Assembly (NCBI GenBank): GCA_003693705.1
Contig: RBZT01000610.1
Location: forward strand, 1-61,944
DNA from: Polymyxa betae A26-41
Taxonomy: Eukaryota; Protista; Endomyxa: Phytomyxea
Direction: 5' to 3'
Length of the DNA: 61,944 nucleotides
Under the pieces are notes generated by a model. That model worked only from the letters and a program-made list of their open reading frames with translations. It was not told the origin of the DNA and did no database searches. How positions within the stretch are numbered: position 1 is the first letter of the stretch; each line of letters opens with the position of its first letter. The position numbers were made by a program, and so were the translations under genes. Positions 22,520 through 35,504 of this stretch are shown here, piece after piece.

Positions 22520-23478
22520 TTTCTGTGTACCGATGCGCCCCAACGAAGTTGTTCGACATCAAAACAGCCATCTCTTCCCGATAGCACAGAAGCTTGACCA
22601 TATCTCATTCAAAAAGACTTTGAAAGCCTTGAACAACCAACCAGCGCAATCTTCTGATTTTCTGCACGATGGAACTCGCGTATTGTTGCTGATGAGTGCA
22701 TCCGACGCACTGAAAGGGCCTTTACCCAAACGTCATCCCGCATTGCTTACGTTGCCGGTCAGACAATAATCTCCTTGGATGACGACCAATACCGAATACG
22801 GTCTGCTCTTTCTGAGGCAATGGGCTTTGTTCGGATCAACAATCCTAAGAAAGCCTTCGGGATTGTTTCTACAAATGCAGTTTCTTTGATAAGCTCAATG
22901 GTTATCAGAATGCGTTTGATCGGAAAAGGGGAAAGCTTTGACGATGTGGTTCGGATTATCTTAATGTGGATTCAAGGCGTTGATCTGTTATCCCAAGTTC
23001 GCGCATCGGGCGAGTTAATGTGCCTTGATCGAGGTTACCTAAGGCCATCTTTGATTGAGTTCCTAATGAATGCTGAGTTTTCACTTATCGGTACTCACAA
23101 ACGCGTCAATTCTTATCCCTTCACCTTTGAAACGCACGCAACCGACTGACTCAACGGGTCGTCGAGGAAATTGGCTGCAAGAACATTTATATCGCCAGAA
23201 AGAAATTTGGTGACAGATTTCTCTACGCCATTGCATATAGATCTGGCAAGGGTCGTGTTGCCACACTTATCTGCACAAACCCCCGCTTAGGTTACATATG
23301 CACCGGGCGAGTTAACTTGCCTTGATCGAGGTTACCTAAGGCCATCTTTGATTGAGCTCCTAATGAATGCTGAGTTTTCACTTATCGGTACTCACAAACG
23401 CGTCAATTCTTATCCCTTCACCTTTGAAACGCACGCAACCGACTGATTCAACGGGTCGTCGAGGAAATTGGCTGCAAG
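22520..23478 (+). pseudogene. Third, divergent fragment of the piggyBac-like transposase with an internal duplication
   Basis: SVYRCAPTKLFD, DDDQYRIRSALSEAMG..RINNPKKAFG, CLDRGY, IGTHKR. About 23006-23179 is repeated at about 23304-23478. Confidence 0.85.
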
Positions 23479-24167
23479 GAACAGCTTATTCATACAGCAG
23501 ACTATGGTGGATACACTCTTGCGTTGGAACGTTTCATACAAAATCTTGAAAGCGGCATGAGCAGAATCAGCCGACTGAGTTATCGCAAGTAGGATGTCAC
23601 TGACGCGCATCTCGATAATGCCCTTGGCCTTGAGATCTTGGCGATAGAACAGCTTTATCGTGTTCTTATCCGAATCCTCTGGAACGCCAGGTGCATCGAT
23701 AACGGCAGCGTACCTCTTTGGGTTGAAACCAACCATATCATCTAGGTCCATATTGATCAGAAGGGCGGCCATTCGAGGGGCCCATTGGGGGTAGTTTGTG
23801 CCGTCCAGGATAGGCACGAAAGATCGCATGGTCTTGTCCGCCATGGGACTCTTAATCTGTTGAGACTAGAGAGACAACAGCGATCAATGTCTGGACAAGC
23901 AGTCAGTTTAAGAAGTGATTGTATTGATGGCCCGGTGGGCTGTTATATAGTAAAATAAGATTAACGCAGATTCAGATATATGGAAACTCCGTGGCGGAGT
24001 TGTCGTATACCAGTGGGGAGCTGCCATAGTCGACTGGGTCTGTGTGTGCTATAGCAACTCCGGATCGGAGCTTGAGAAGTCCTGTGGTTCGTGGCTATGC
24101 ACGACTCGAGCCAAGTTACCCTGCGCCCACTTGACGTGTACACCTGCCTTGGCTTGATGTCTTGACA
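23479..24167 (-). mobile_element. gag: Copia 5' end: LTR (~23858-24167) and gag N-terminus
   Basis: LTR TGTCAAGA...TCTCAACA on the minus strand, then GATTAAGAGTCCC (resembles the GGTTATGGGCCC-type PBS), then gag PILDGTNYPQWAPRMAALL. It interrupts the gypsy protease at 24168. Confidence 0.8.
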
Positions 24168-25522
24168 AGCCCAGTATGATTTCTTCCATAGTGGCGTCTA
24201 CGAGTTATCAGCTCACCGGCTTTTGTGCCCAGCGTCAAGTCTACGCAAACAAAGTCCGTGGCCTGTATTTCAGTCTCCTGAAAACCTAACCTCAGTCGAA
24301 CTGGCTCAGTGAGTTTCTGTAACCTAATTGTTGGGTCGTTCATCATCGCTTTTTCTGCGATACTCCGTGGTATCAAAGACACCCCAATAGCTCCTCTATC
24401 GAATATAGCATGAAAATACAAGCTATCGTTAATCCTCACAAGCACTTCACTGCTATTATTCTCTGCTCCAATCTTACAAACATGTAAATAGTTGGAATTC
24501 TACTTTGATTTTTTTTAGAAATTGATATTATCATAGACCTCCTGCATTGACAGGTTCTTCGGACATTTGAAAAACCGGGTGTCGGACCTCCTGACAGCCA
24601 TAACACTTCAACGGCTTCTTCCCAGTCTTGACAACTGATTCGCGGGGCTGCTTCGTCGACGCTTGCCCCTTCACCTTTTCGTCATTGGTTATGTTTTGCG
24701 TTTGTTTGGAGGTGCGCCCACTGTAGGATCCGTCCGCTGATAAGCGGACGTTTCTTGATAATAGACCGACACCTCTTATAGCAACTTCAAAAACGCTGAT
24801 GGATCCTTCGACAGATGAGCTTCACGATGAACGCGATCACTCATCGTCCTCTTCAAACCTTTCGGCTCAACCGCGCTCAGGAGAAATTTCACCTCACGAT
24901 TTTTGCCTTCCGGAACAACAAACTGGCGCTCCCATCCGTTCTCCTTCACGATCCGGTGGAATTACACAATCAGATCAATGACACGAGCGCCTGCCGACGC
25001 GATTGTCATCTTCATCTTCAGTTGTCCCATCATCGGGTCCAGGAGGACAGCCCGGGACTTGTCATCACGAAGTACACTCGACATCCATTCCTCAAGGTCT
25101 TTGTCGATGACTTCAATAAATGATTTGCCAACGGAATATAGACAAATCGTCTCAAGAAAGACTGGTTCCAACATCGACACCAGCGACCTCAATCGGGAAC
25201 TATCCAAGCCCGCCTCAAAATGGACCCGAACTAACTGAAGGATATCCTTCCGGTCAGCAGTCCTCAATATTGGAGCCTTGTTAGTCTCCAGTACAGCCAG
25301 ATTTCCTGAAGCAAATCTCGGCTCATTTTTATGTTTCTGCACCAGATCCTCATTCGGCGATCCCGTATTGATCTCGGAGTCGACTATCTTAACGTGACTT
25401 TCATCCTCATAATCAGAATCAGTCACTTCGTCAATTCTGGAGCCCTTGCTAGTCATTATTGACTTGCGACTTTCAGCTCTCAAAGAATTTTTTGTAGCGG
25501 TTTCGTCTAAGGAACGCGACAC
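24168..25522 (-). pseudogene. gag: Ty3/Gypsy gag, zinc knuckle and protease remnant
   Basis: gag homologous to the 6474 ORF; CYGCQE..H knuckle at ~24570-24610; protease AIFDRGA. Confidence 0.8.
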
Positions 25523-25751
25523 GTTTTAATAAAGCCTTGAATTGGACTGTGTGTTATTGGGATTCAATATCAGTCCTCAAACCTCGATCAGGCCCTTCAA
25601 GAGTAGTTCCTTACTTTCTGGACTCCGAGAGCGACTCACGCAGTTCCTCTGCCACCACTGGGACACCAGTGGCGAGAGTCGGCAATCCCAGTGACAATTT
25701 CGGACTCCGAGAATATTTCCTTAAGATCAGTCCGCAGGATCAATCCGCATC

Positions 25752-25754
25752 NNN
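25752..25754. other. Assembly ambiguity (NNN)
   Basis: Three N bases. Confidence 1.
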
Positions 25755-25864
25755 TGAGACAGCTATACTACACAGTCCATACTGGTAGAAATTACTGGTC
25801 TTATCATTTATATCATCAGATAGTACGCATCATACTGCGTTCGGAGGTTTAGAGATCCTCAAAT

Positions 25865-28800
25865 CTGGTACAATAGGCGCAAAATCATATGAGAGTTCAT
25901 CAGGTCGACCATGATAAAGCGGATAAAGGTAAAGTCCCGAGGAGTCAAAGACCGAGAATCTACCTTTACGTTTTTCAGAATCCTCGAGACATCATGGCCG
26001 CCTTTGAAATTTGTTCATTGAGACACAATGAATGGAATGATGTCATGGGCAGGAAGAAACGGGTTGCCTCTTGACAAACGCCGCTCTTCGAAAGCCTGCT
26101 GCAGCTTTCTCCATACTTGAACTCTATGGCGATCAACAGAATGGCCAAACTCATCAGCTTGCAAATCGAGTACGGTTGCTGGGTCCCTATCATTGAAACA
26201 CTGCTCATGTTCAGCGCATTTGGTAAAAATCATCGATGAGAATAAGCGCCGAGCTTCACAATTCACTTTCATCAGAACAGAATAGATCACGCTGTTGGTA
26301 CTTGATCCAGCGAAATCAGATGATCATCCCCAGCGACTGCCAAATGATGCGAGCCTGAGAACGATACCTGGTGAGATGGCTTCGGCTCAGAGCCCCTCGA
26401 GCCGACTCAGAAAAATGTCCGAGTCACTCGAGCCGACTCAGAAATTTGCCTTAGCCACTCACGCCGGTGTTGAGTCGGCTCGGAGCCGGCTCGAGTCAGC
26501 TCATTCCTGAGTCGATTCAGAACCGGCTTGAGCCGGCTCTCAGTTGACTCGAATCGGCTCATTTAACTGATTTCATTTCCGTTTATTAAGTATTAACTTG
26601 GTCAGCGCTAACTTTTTTGCTTCAATTTTTTGAACGACTGCAACTCCATCAACATCTGAACTGTAGTGTCCGAAAGCCTAGCCCTTTTTTGCTTATTGTT
26701 AATCCCGCTTTGAGAACGCAATTTCGCTTGGGACAGAGGTCGCCGTCACAGCGAGGAAATTTTTTGCCGTCAGTAAGATGGGAGGATATAATTTCTTTGT
26801 TGACCGGAAAAAAGAGCATATGTCATATGTGCTGTCCTGCAAATTGAGTGGAGAATGATTGAGCCGTTTGTCCACTTCCGCCGAGAAACTCTCTCCCTGT
26901 GGAGCAGAAGAATCCGCATTATCAGGCGATAACATTTTGAATATGTTCGATGTCGAGACGGTGTGGTTAGCAGCTGAATTTTGCTCACCAGCCTTCCGGT
27001 TTTCGTACCTATCATCGTAATGAGAACAAGAGGATGATAAAATAATAACGCCTGATGACCGTACTTAGCCTTATAATGTTCATCAAAAAATGACCTCGAT
27101 CGTAATTTTCTGTCGTTGGACACCAACGCCGCATTTTTCCAGGTGAATCTTGACCTTGGGGTCAAGGATTCCTGCACATATCGCAAATTCGGTGCCAACC
27201 ACGTCGTAATACTGGTTCAGTTTTGTCATTGCAGCCTCGGCGAATTGTACAGTGTGAGTCGACTTGGATCCTGAACAATTGTCAAATTGCTCGTTGCATT
27301 TCGTCCCGAAGACAGTAGATCACTGGAATAACGATGCCGAGGGTGGGGTATGTCGAGCCAGATAACAACACTGTCGCCTCTTTGAAATATCCCAGAAACG
27401 AATGGAAATCTGATATTGCTGACCAGAGCATGTCATTAAAACCACGGGCAATGTAATCGTTCGGTAAAATAGTAAGTCGATCGTAGCCAGGAAAAGAAAG
27501 TTGAATGCGACGAAGGAGCTCATCAATAGCGCATCTCATTTGCTGTAAAACATCGATCATGTCCCATGTCGAATTCCAACGAGTTTCGCAGTCCAACAAA
27601 AGCTGACGGAAATTAATTCGAAGATCACCGCAAACAGCTTCAAGGCGTTCACCAATCTTGGGAGAATCATTCACCTTTTTAACGAATTCACGAACCGTCC
27701 GATACTGGAACTCTTGAAGTCACAATCTTTCATCCCCTTTATGACGCATAATTGAAGAACATGTGCAAGACAACGAAAGAGATTCACATTCTGAACCGAT
27801 TCTTGCGGTACCTCCTCAGGCTCAGTATCATCATCATCATTCTGATCCGCAGCTGGGTCATGATGGTGATCCAATAATGTCTGGAAAAGTGACAGCATAG
27901 CAACGCTGGTGATGGCATTATCGGCTGTTATCGCCCAGATGCGCTTTAAAAGGACAGGGTCGAAATCCTTGATAGCATCAAATTCAGCGTTAGCAATGTT
28001 TTGCGATGTATGAAGATACACCACTCGGGGAAATGCGATCAAGACGGTTTGCATTTCAAATTCATCGTCCTTCCAGTGCAATGTATCCTAGAGAATACTC
28101 AGAATAGTGATTTCAAACGGACGATAAGTTATTTGCCTTTTTCGGTTGGCGACGTCCATAAATCTGTGGTTATACCAACTCTTCGAACTTCAGTAGCAAT
28201 TCGCAACTGAAGAATAGTCTCTGCTGTACTTTGCAGATGAATATCTTTGACGCGACTATTTATAACCTTTCGTGATGGAAGAGTGTACTGATCTTCAAGA
28301 ACGTAACAGAATCGAATAAAATTCTCTTGCTCGACCATTTTAAAGGAGTGATATCCTGCACAGCATGTCGATCAAGAGTTCATTAGCTTCGTCCTTTCTC
28401 AGCTATGGCATCTTTCCAACATTTCTTATTCTTCCGAATACCGTCGACGCTTCAGAATAAACGCACCAGGTTTTTTGTTGACCCTTTGGCAGCGTTGGAA
28501 TATACCTTGACAAGTAATTAGCCAAACTAGCTGATGGTCATGTATGCGGTACCTTTTAGGATACTTAACTTGTAAATCTTTGGGAAGTTCCCACTGTTCC
28601 GTGTGTCGTAGGAATGCTTGCACAGCTTACAACGGTATATGATCTTCTCATCCTTATTGAGAATATCGAAAAATTCCCAGACATCAGAGCTTTTAGAAGC
28701 AGACCCCTCGGTCGCTGCGTCATTCAACAACAGATCTGGGCCTAAATGTTCTGCTCCAGTGATTTCCACGACATCCGCCAGCGACGGCATGGACGTGCAG

Positions 28801-31764
28801 GTGGCTGAAGACGGTGACTCTATGAGCTCCAGAGAGGCTAAGCCATCGAAAGAGGAGACTGTTGAAGCAACGTGGACTGTTGCTATGAAGTTTTGTTTAG
28901 TTATGAGTGAAGCGTGGCTAAGGTACCTAGATCTCTTGCACGATGTTGCAAGGCTTTTATTTCCACTTCAATAATTGTTGTTAATTTATAGAGCCGATTA
29001 TATACAAAAACTGTGCGGCGATGGTATTATGGGATCTTTTCGTTGTTGCGCATGCCGTGTGCCGCTACTCCATTTATGTTGTCGTCACATGGCTCCACGT
29101 CGGGGGTCAAGTATAGGATCCACATCAACAGAGACCACGCCACGACAAAACGTCCAGGACAGACGTGAGACGTCCGCGACCACGAACAAGGGGAGCGATT
29201 CAGCGTCAACGCACGGTCCGTCACGGACTTTGTTTGATTCTAATCTAAACACCAAAACCGTAAATTTTTAATCTTTTCGTGAAATTCTATAAATTGCTTA
29301 TAATACTCGTAATAGTTGTAATAGTTCTTAAATCACTAGAAAAACGTTGATCTGGCGGCAGGGCAGGATTACTTTTTCTGAGCCATGCTGAGTCGACTTG
29401 ATCGGACTTAGAATCCACCACGAGCCGCTCGAGCCGACTCGGCTTTAGGTCGCAGCCATGAGCCGAGCCGAGCCGACTCGAGCGGACTCGAGGGGACTCA
29501 TGGCGAGCCGCGGGCCATCTCTAATAACTAAACTGGAGGTCTAAACCAGTTTCTTGAAAAGAGGGCGCTCATAAGACGTGACAAAGATTCGCTCCCCTGT
29601 GTTGCCCACACGTCCAAGGCTTCCTCCAAACGTCGTTCAGCTTCCGATACGGTATGTTCTGTAGTCATCGTCTTCAGCTCTAATATGCAAACGAATGCAG
29701 ATAACTCATCCGCTTCTGGGGGCTGTAGCACCATAGCCCATCGATGGATGTCCCAAAAAAATGCTCGTTTGTGCCGTCAACCAAGCATTTCTTGCGGAGA
29801 AGACCACGTTGCACAATGTCACCAAGTATGCGAAAACCTTGACCATGCCTTTCAAAGAAAGAAGGCAATGCTAGAGGAATTTTTCGATTCGTTGGCTCTT
29901 CCAACTTTCAGATGAGAGGCAGTAATAGGTTTCATGAACCACAAAGCCATGAGGTCATCAGTCAGCCTGATCGGCAAAGCTTCTGATGGCTGAAGGAGAC
30001 GATCTATCAGTTCTTGTTTGTTGCCAGAAAGTGGCAGCTTTCTGGATTTACACAAAGCTTTCAGCTGAGTGCTCGTTTGGTTCACCAAATCGTCCTTGCT
30101 CAATGTCACTGCACGGTGGCAACCCGAAATACCAAGTGCTAAAAGCAAATATCAAAGAAATCAAAGCAACTGGAAAGTACGGTATGTGCAACAGTTGAAG
30201 AAATCAGGCCAATGCGTAAAAGATGTCATCCAACTCCTCCCTGGCTTTGGGCAATGGGTTCTGTAAGAGTGTCGATGGACGACTGAATCAAATCATGACC
30301 TACACCCGAAATGTCAAAAGCTCCAGGGCGTTTCGGTCGATGGACCCAAACAGAAATTCTCGGTTCTGTTGACAACAGCAAAGCGACCCTTCATCTGCCA
30401 CCGCGGTATGCCACAGCATAAACCCATCGTTCGGCGAACTTCTTTCGTGCGACGTAAATGCTTCTGGCACATGTCTCCGCGATAACTCGGCTGCTGCCTG
30501 TGCTGATCTTGCCAAAAGTAAATGGACCAGATTTGAGCCTCTTAAGGATACCAATGAGCTGAAATCCCTGTTGACAGAGGTATTCCAGAACTTGAGGGAT
30601 CAAGTATCCTCTATCCGAAACAATAACTTCATTCCGACCCCGAAAATGCTCAGGTAGATCTGCTGACTGCATCCACATCAGAATGATCTTGACGTTATCA
30701 GAGTAGTTTTCGCCATTCCCCATCAATCGCATGCCAAGAACGACAGAAGACATTAAGGTCAATCCCAAAGCTTCAGATAACGCAGAGGTTAAGCGATGTT
30801 GATAATCGTCCAGAGATATTGATGATATACCGCGGATTTATGCAAGCGTACCGCAGCTACACTGAACGATTGTTCGAGGGCTCGATTTGAAGTGTCAACG
30901 CTGAATGGAGCGCTCCAGCTGCCGTAACTGTCGGCCTCCCTTTTGGTCTTCAGACTTCTCATAAGTTTGTCAAAAGAGGTCTTGCTCAGCGCAGGTGCCA
31001 TTGCGTAGAGACCTGACTTACTCTTATCAAAGAAGCGCGATGGCGTTGTCCGAAAGATCGAGAGGTAGCCCAGACCCTCAGGAAGCATACCAAATCAGAT
31101 CCAGACCCACGTTCCATTCCTATGTGTGTTTATTAAGATTTCTGACAATCCATTGCAAAAAGACGTTGGTGTTTATCGGATGGCAATCCCTCTTGAATAG
31201 CAGCGAACAAATGATCAGCAACAGCCGATAAAAAGTTATTGACAACGTCATCAAACGTTTCATCCTCGTTAGATTCCCTGTTGAAAATTTGTCGTACGTT
31301 ACGACTGACTGCCTGAATTTCTGGAAAAGCTTTTTCAAGCAGCATCTCGTTCAAAGCAGTTGTTGCGATAGAAAAGTCATTCATCTGCATGACGCTTAAG
31401 TAGTTTCATTGCTGGCATTCGATTTCGTCGCCATCATCGGTCTCCTCCGATGAAGAATTATCGCAGTCGTCAAAGAACTCCGCAAGAGACGTCACTGCAG
31501 CAAAAGAGATGGCTCAGAACGCAGCCTGTGAGAGTGACCGTCGGGTCAGGAATTTCACGGAAACGTTTTTGCGGGTTAGGGTTTGGGTTAATACGAAACT
31601 CAGTGCAAAATTTCATGGACGACAAAGTTACCGTTGCTCCGATTTTTATTGTCAAAGCTGGCTCATTTTGAAGGCTAAGAGGGAAAATTATTCCCTCTTA
31701 GCGTTTCTGAGGCGAAGTTGCGAACTCCGAGGAGCAAATATTATTCCCTCATATTGCCTTAGGG
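25865..31764 (-). mobile_element. Second, degraded and 3'-truncated piggyBac-YqaJ copy interrupted by a hAT
   Basis: Same motif order: VSDRGY, HLLRIGLISST, SAP QLKALCKSRKLPLSGNKQELIDRL, GTSIDG, LELKT, YRSQ..HHLAV, GGHD..SRILKNVKVD. The terminus CCCTAAGG at 31764 and the AGAGGGAA..ATTCCCTCT palindromes align with the copy-1 end. Confidence 0.85.
26371..29523 (-). mobile_element. hAT transposon with degraded transposase
   Basis: Termini (TA)GAGATGGC..CGGCTC; many GAGCCGACTC subterminal repeats; SDVWEFF..CKLC BED finger, TTDLWTS, TADNA, CLAHVLQL, ETRWNST, ATSVPSEIAFS. No clean 8-bp TSD. Confidence 0.92.
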
Positions 31765-32354
31765 ATAGGGTACGCCGGATTAAAAATCAAGCCGCCTGTG
31801 ATATTATCGATAATTTCTTGTTTGAATGCCAGCGTTATAGGCTGTTCTCTAGCACCGCAAAGCATTGTAATTTTCGAACACAATCAAAACAAAATTCGTT
31901 CATCTTTGCGAACTTGTTTACTTTTTGCTGATAGCATCTAAAGAAAAAGAGATTAATTCAATATCCACCAGCTTAAATGATGGCGAACGAATCACATCTG
32001 TGCTTTCAGATCAGAACAAATACAATGTTGTTGTTGCCAATATGCGAATTGAGACCCACTTTGATTTCAGATGCAGAAGCCGATAATATTCGGCCAGAAA
32101 AAAGACGAATCATGAGTCGTTACGAAGAATATTCGAATATTGTGATTAGCTGTCACCATATTTGGGATCTGGCAATGAAGGAACGAAATCAGCAAGTATC
32201 GAGATTATGGGTAAAAGCATGAAGATTCAAAGGTTCCATCATAGACCAAGAGATTCAAGATGAGGATGATACAGTCAGGCTCTAGGTTCGAGTCTCACAC
32301 AGGTTGTTTAATTTTTGTTTTAAAGCCACAACCAAATGCCGCGTTGCGTGAGCT

Positions 32355-33560
32355 GTGCTGATGGTACAGTCAAGAGAAGTGCGGCTGCCGCGTGGCGGTT
32401 GTGGAGCCCAAGAGCCAGCTGGGATCCCAGTGGTTCAAGGACTAGAGACACTGTACCCTTCTAACAGCACCAGTGTGTTAACACCTCAGCAGCTTGGCGC
32501 AAGCCTCGGGCCTTGGGGTGATCACCCGACCTCGACGCCTCTATCTTGAATCATTCTTCAAACGAGTCGATAACTTCAACCACAGGCAAACGGGGACGAC
32601 ACACTCAAAGGCGGCCGTCGGGCAGGCGTGTTGAAGCGAGCCCACAGACTCCGGGGATGGTGATTACTGTCCCGGACGAGGGTAGCAGAAACCGTTGGCA
32701 GTCGGATTGTGCCCATAATGGACGTAGCGAGGTTGTGGAAGACCAGCCTGAGGGAGATTCCTCACCAAGTACTGTCGACGATGACGGGAACTGTTCTTCA
32801 CCCAATGATTCGGATGACGATGAGGGGGACGCTACAAGTGCCCAGACAGATCGAGACGTCGAACATCCACAGCAATGCGGTCAGGACTCTGACCCACAAT
32901 CTGATGATCAGCCGATTCGCTCGAGCCGTCACGATCAATCAACCAGCTCTAAAGTCATGTCCGAGATGATGAAAATGCTGAAGTTAATGCGTGACAAAGT
33001 CGCAGATACAAAGAGGGAGCGTGACAAAAACCACACGATGGGCGCGAGAATGGCAAGCTCGTTGCGAGCAGGAGAAAGCAGCCAAGCGTCGGAAAGTTGG
33101 AAGTGATGATGAGCTCAAAACTCAGCAAGAAAAGCTCGCGCGACTGGAACAGGAGATAATCGCAATGAAGGAAGCCGAACGCGCAAGAATCGAAGAATCT
33201 AACATGATTGCTCGTATGACTTCATCGACGGAGCAACAAGTTCTTAAATGTGAGTTCTTCCATCTTGAGAGAATTGTTATGGGGGCAGCGGGAGAGGCAG
33301 ACAAGACCATTGTTGAATTGGATCCCGAAACCAAAGAGATCAAGGCTACAACGAAACCAATAGAAATCAAGATTGATTCTTTTGCCAGGTGGAGCGAGGC
33401 ATGGCTTGCAGTCATCGTGATCGTGGGACGCTCCAAGACTCTTTATGAGAAAATCATGTACCTGATCCACCATCACCAGTATATTTACTCGCTGTCGTTG
33501 GTGGAAAAGCGTTTATGATTTTGACCTCACAATTCGCCGTCAAGTTGCACAACACAAAGA
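32355..33560 (+). pseudogene. gag: DIRS/Ngaro-like gag region
   Basis: Low-complexity N-terminus, coiled coil, then IKIDSFARWSEAW...WKSVYDFDLTIRRQVA, resembling the I.SF..W..AW / W..YD..FR motifs of YR-retrotransposon gag. Confidence 0.65.
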
Positions 33561-35477
33561 TTATTCAAGTCTGTACAGTTTTGTCAGCACATCGCTATTC
33601 TTGGCACGCCGCTTTTCTGAACTTCGCACCACACTCAAATTATCTGACTCAATAATGACGGTAAGGTTGGTCCATTGCCTTCCCCAGATCTCTACTGCTT
33701 GTAAACTGGCCATGAGCTCTCTCTCACAAATGTCCACGTGACGTTCCTGGTCGGACCAGCAATATGCGAACCAGTTTCCGTTGGAGAGATTCACACCTCC
33801 TGAACCTATTCCAGATGCATCGGTGTAGATTCCTAACTGAGACATCTTCATACTGCTAGATGGTTGCAGAATCTCTCCGCGGTTCCATCTCTGGCGAAAA
33901 TGACTCCAGGTGTTCAAATCTTGCAGCATGCCTTCGCTTGGAATGATCTTAGAGCTGGGATCCGGACTCGTTTGACGAATCTTTTTCAGTATCTCGTGAG
34001 TGAAGGTCTTTCCACACACAATTATCTGACTTAGTCTGTTTAAGATACCAGCCAGGCTCAGAAGCTCTCGAAATCGTTTCGGATTTGAATCGTCCGTCCA
34101 ATGGCGGAAGACTTCAAAACTCTTCCTCACGTATGACTCGGGCAACCTGATCTCCATCGCGATAGTATCGATTTCGAACCCGATGATGGTCATTTCTTGC
34201 GAAGGCTCCTGTCTTTTCTTTGGATCTAAAGTGATGCCCAGGGTGGAACAAAAGCGCTGGAAATCTTCTTGAGACAATTTTGCTTGTTCTTCTCCTGGAC
34301 ATATATTAAAGAAGTCGTCGACGTAGCATTCCAATGTTGTAAAATATTCGTTCTTGTGTGCTAATCCTTTGAGCAAGTTTTCCGTGATTTCGTGCCAGAG
34401 TCCCGGGGAACTTCTCCCTCCAAAACCTAGCGATAACCGTACATAGTATTGGCTCCCAATTTTCTGTATGGAATAGGCCCTATCTTTAATCCGAATCTTG
34501 CAATGGCAAAACGCGTCTTTGACATCTTTCTTCCACATGAAGACTCCGTGTGGATGTTCGCGTAAGTGCCAGATCTTATGGATGATATTGTCCAAGGTTG
34601 GAAGGTGAATGCTGAATTCGTTCTTATCAATATAGTTATTCAAAGCTCCTGGTCCTTTTGAAAGGTCATGAATCGGACGTATATTGTCATTTCCTTTTGG
34701 AACCGTGAATAACGGGGAAGAGATGTAGTTCAGAAAAGGAAGATTCTTCTTATTGAAAGGACCTGCGATGTATCCTTCTTTGAGCTCGCGTTCAAGGGAC
34801 TGCTTGAGAAGATGCCGTGTGTGTTCAAGACTGGGCCATTTTGAGCCACAATCCCTGACAATATCTCTTGGCCCTGAGTATCTCAGATCTGAACCTTCAG
34901 TGATGAGGTTAAGCATATAGGTGATTTCGTTTCGGCTGGCCCAATCCTTCATAAACTCTAACCAGACTCTACTGCATAGTTTCGGTTGTATCAATCCCAC
35001 CTTCCGTAATTGCTCCAAGTATTGGGCCCTACGATTCCCATGCAGATGTTGGCCGCGGTCTACGATTTTACCAAATTCACTTCTTTCGTGATCATCCACG
35101 AGGCCGTCATCCGACCATTCGAGGCCAATATCAGAATCAACGCCTGACCTGTTCGCAACACTACAAGATGAGTCTATCATGTAAGAGTCGAACTTGGCGA
35201 TTGCTTTATGAGAAAAACGGCAGGGCTGTGGGTGCTCACTTGTACCCGCCTTGCAAGTTCCACGAATGTGTTTGTCGCAGACTCGGTTTCCGTCAGCGTC
35301 GACTCCACGTCGATGACGGGTTCTGGTCTTGTTTGAGTTGGGCTGCTTACTTGGGTCCTTATTCTTCGCAGTCTTCAATTCTTTCTGAGTGAGGATCAGA
35401 CGTGCTTCAAATCTGCAAATTCTTTGAGTTAAAATTCCTGATCTGCAATTAACATGCCATCGACCAATCCTCGTCAT
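33561..35477 (-). CDS. DIRS/Ngaro-like gag tail (CCCH finger), RT and RNase H; truncated, no tyrosine recombinase seen
   Basis: CDKHIRGTC...CRFSH; IAGPF...SPLFTVPK...RPIHDLS; KKDVKDAF; FGGRSSPGLW; YVDDF; IYTDASGIG; ICERELMA; SDNLSVV. Confidence 0.9.
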   Translation of the reverse strand: MTRIGRWHVNCRSGILTQRICRFEARLILTQKELKTAKNKDPSKQPNSNKTRTRHRRGVDADGNRVCDKHIRGTCKAGTSEHPQPCRFSHKAIAKFDSYMIDSSCSVANRSGVDSDIGLEWSDDGLVDDHERSEFGKIVDRGQHLHGNRRAQYLEQLRKVGLIQPKLCSRVWLEFMKDWASRNEITYMLNLITEGSDLRYSGPRDIVRDCGSKWPSLEHTRHLLKQSLERELKEGYIAGPFNKKNLPFLNYISSPLFTVPKGNDNIRPIHDLSKGPGALNNYIDKNEFSIHLPTLDNIIHKIWHLREHPHGVFMWKKDVKDAFCHCKIRIKDRAYSIQKIGSQYYVRLSLGFGGRSSPGLWHEITENLLKGLAHKNEYFTTLECYVDDFFNICPGEEQAKLSQEDFQRFCSTLGITLDPKKRQEPSQEMTIIGFEIDTIAMEIRLPESYVRKSFEVFRHWTDDSNPKRFRELLSLAGILNRLSQIIVCGKTFTHEILKKIRQTSPDPSSKIIPSEGMLQDLNTWSHFRQRWNRGEILQPSSSMKMSQLGIYTDASGIGSGGVNLSNGNWFAYCWSDQERHVDICERELMASLQAVEIWGRQWTNLTVIIESDNLSVVRSSEKRRAKNSDVLTKLYRLE

Positions 35478-35504
35478 CCGCCAATCTACGTTGATGGATT
35501 ATAA

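Noticed and set aside
26360-29535. 8-bp TSD for the second hAT
   Set aside because: The flanks do not match and the left terminus is degraded.
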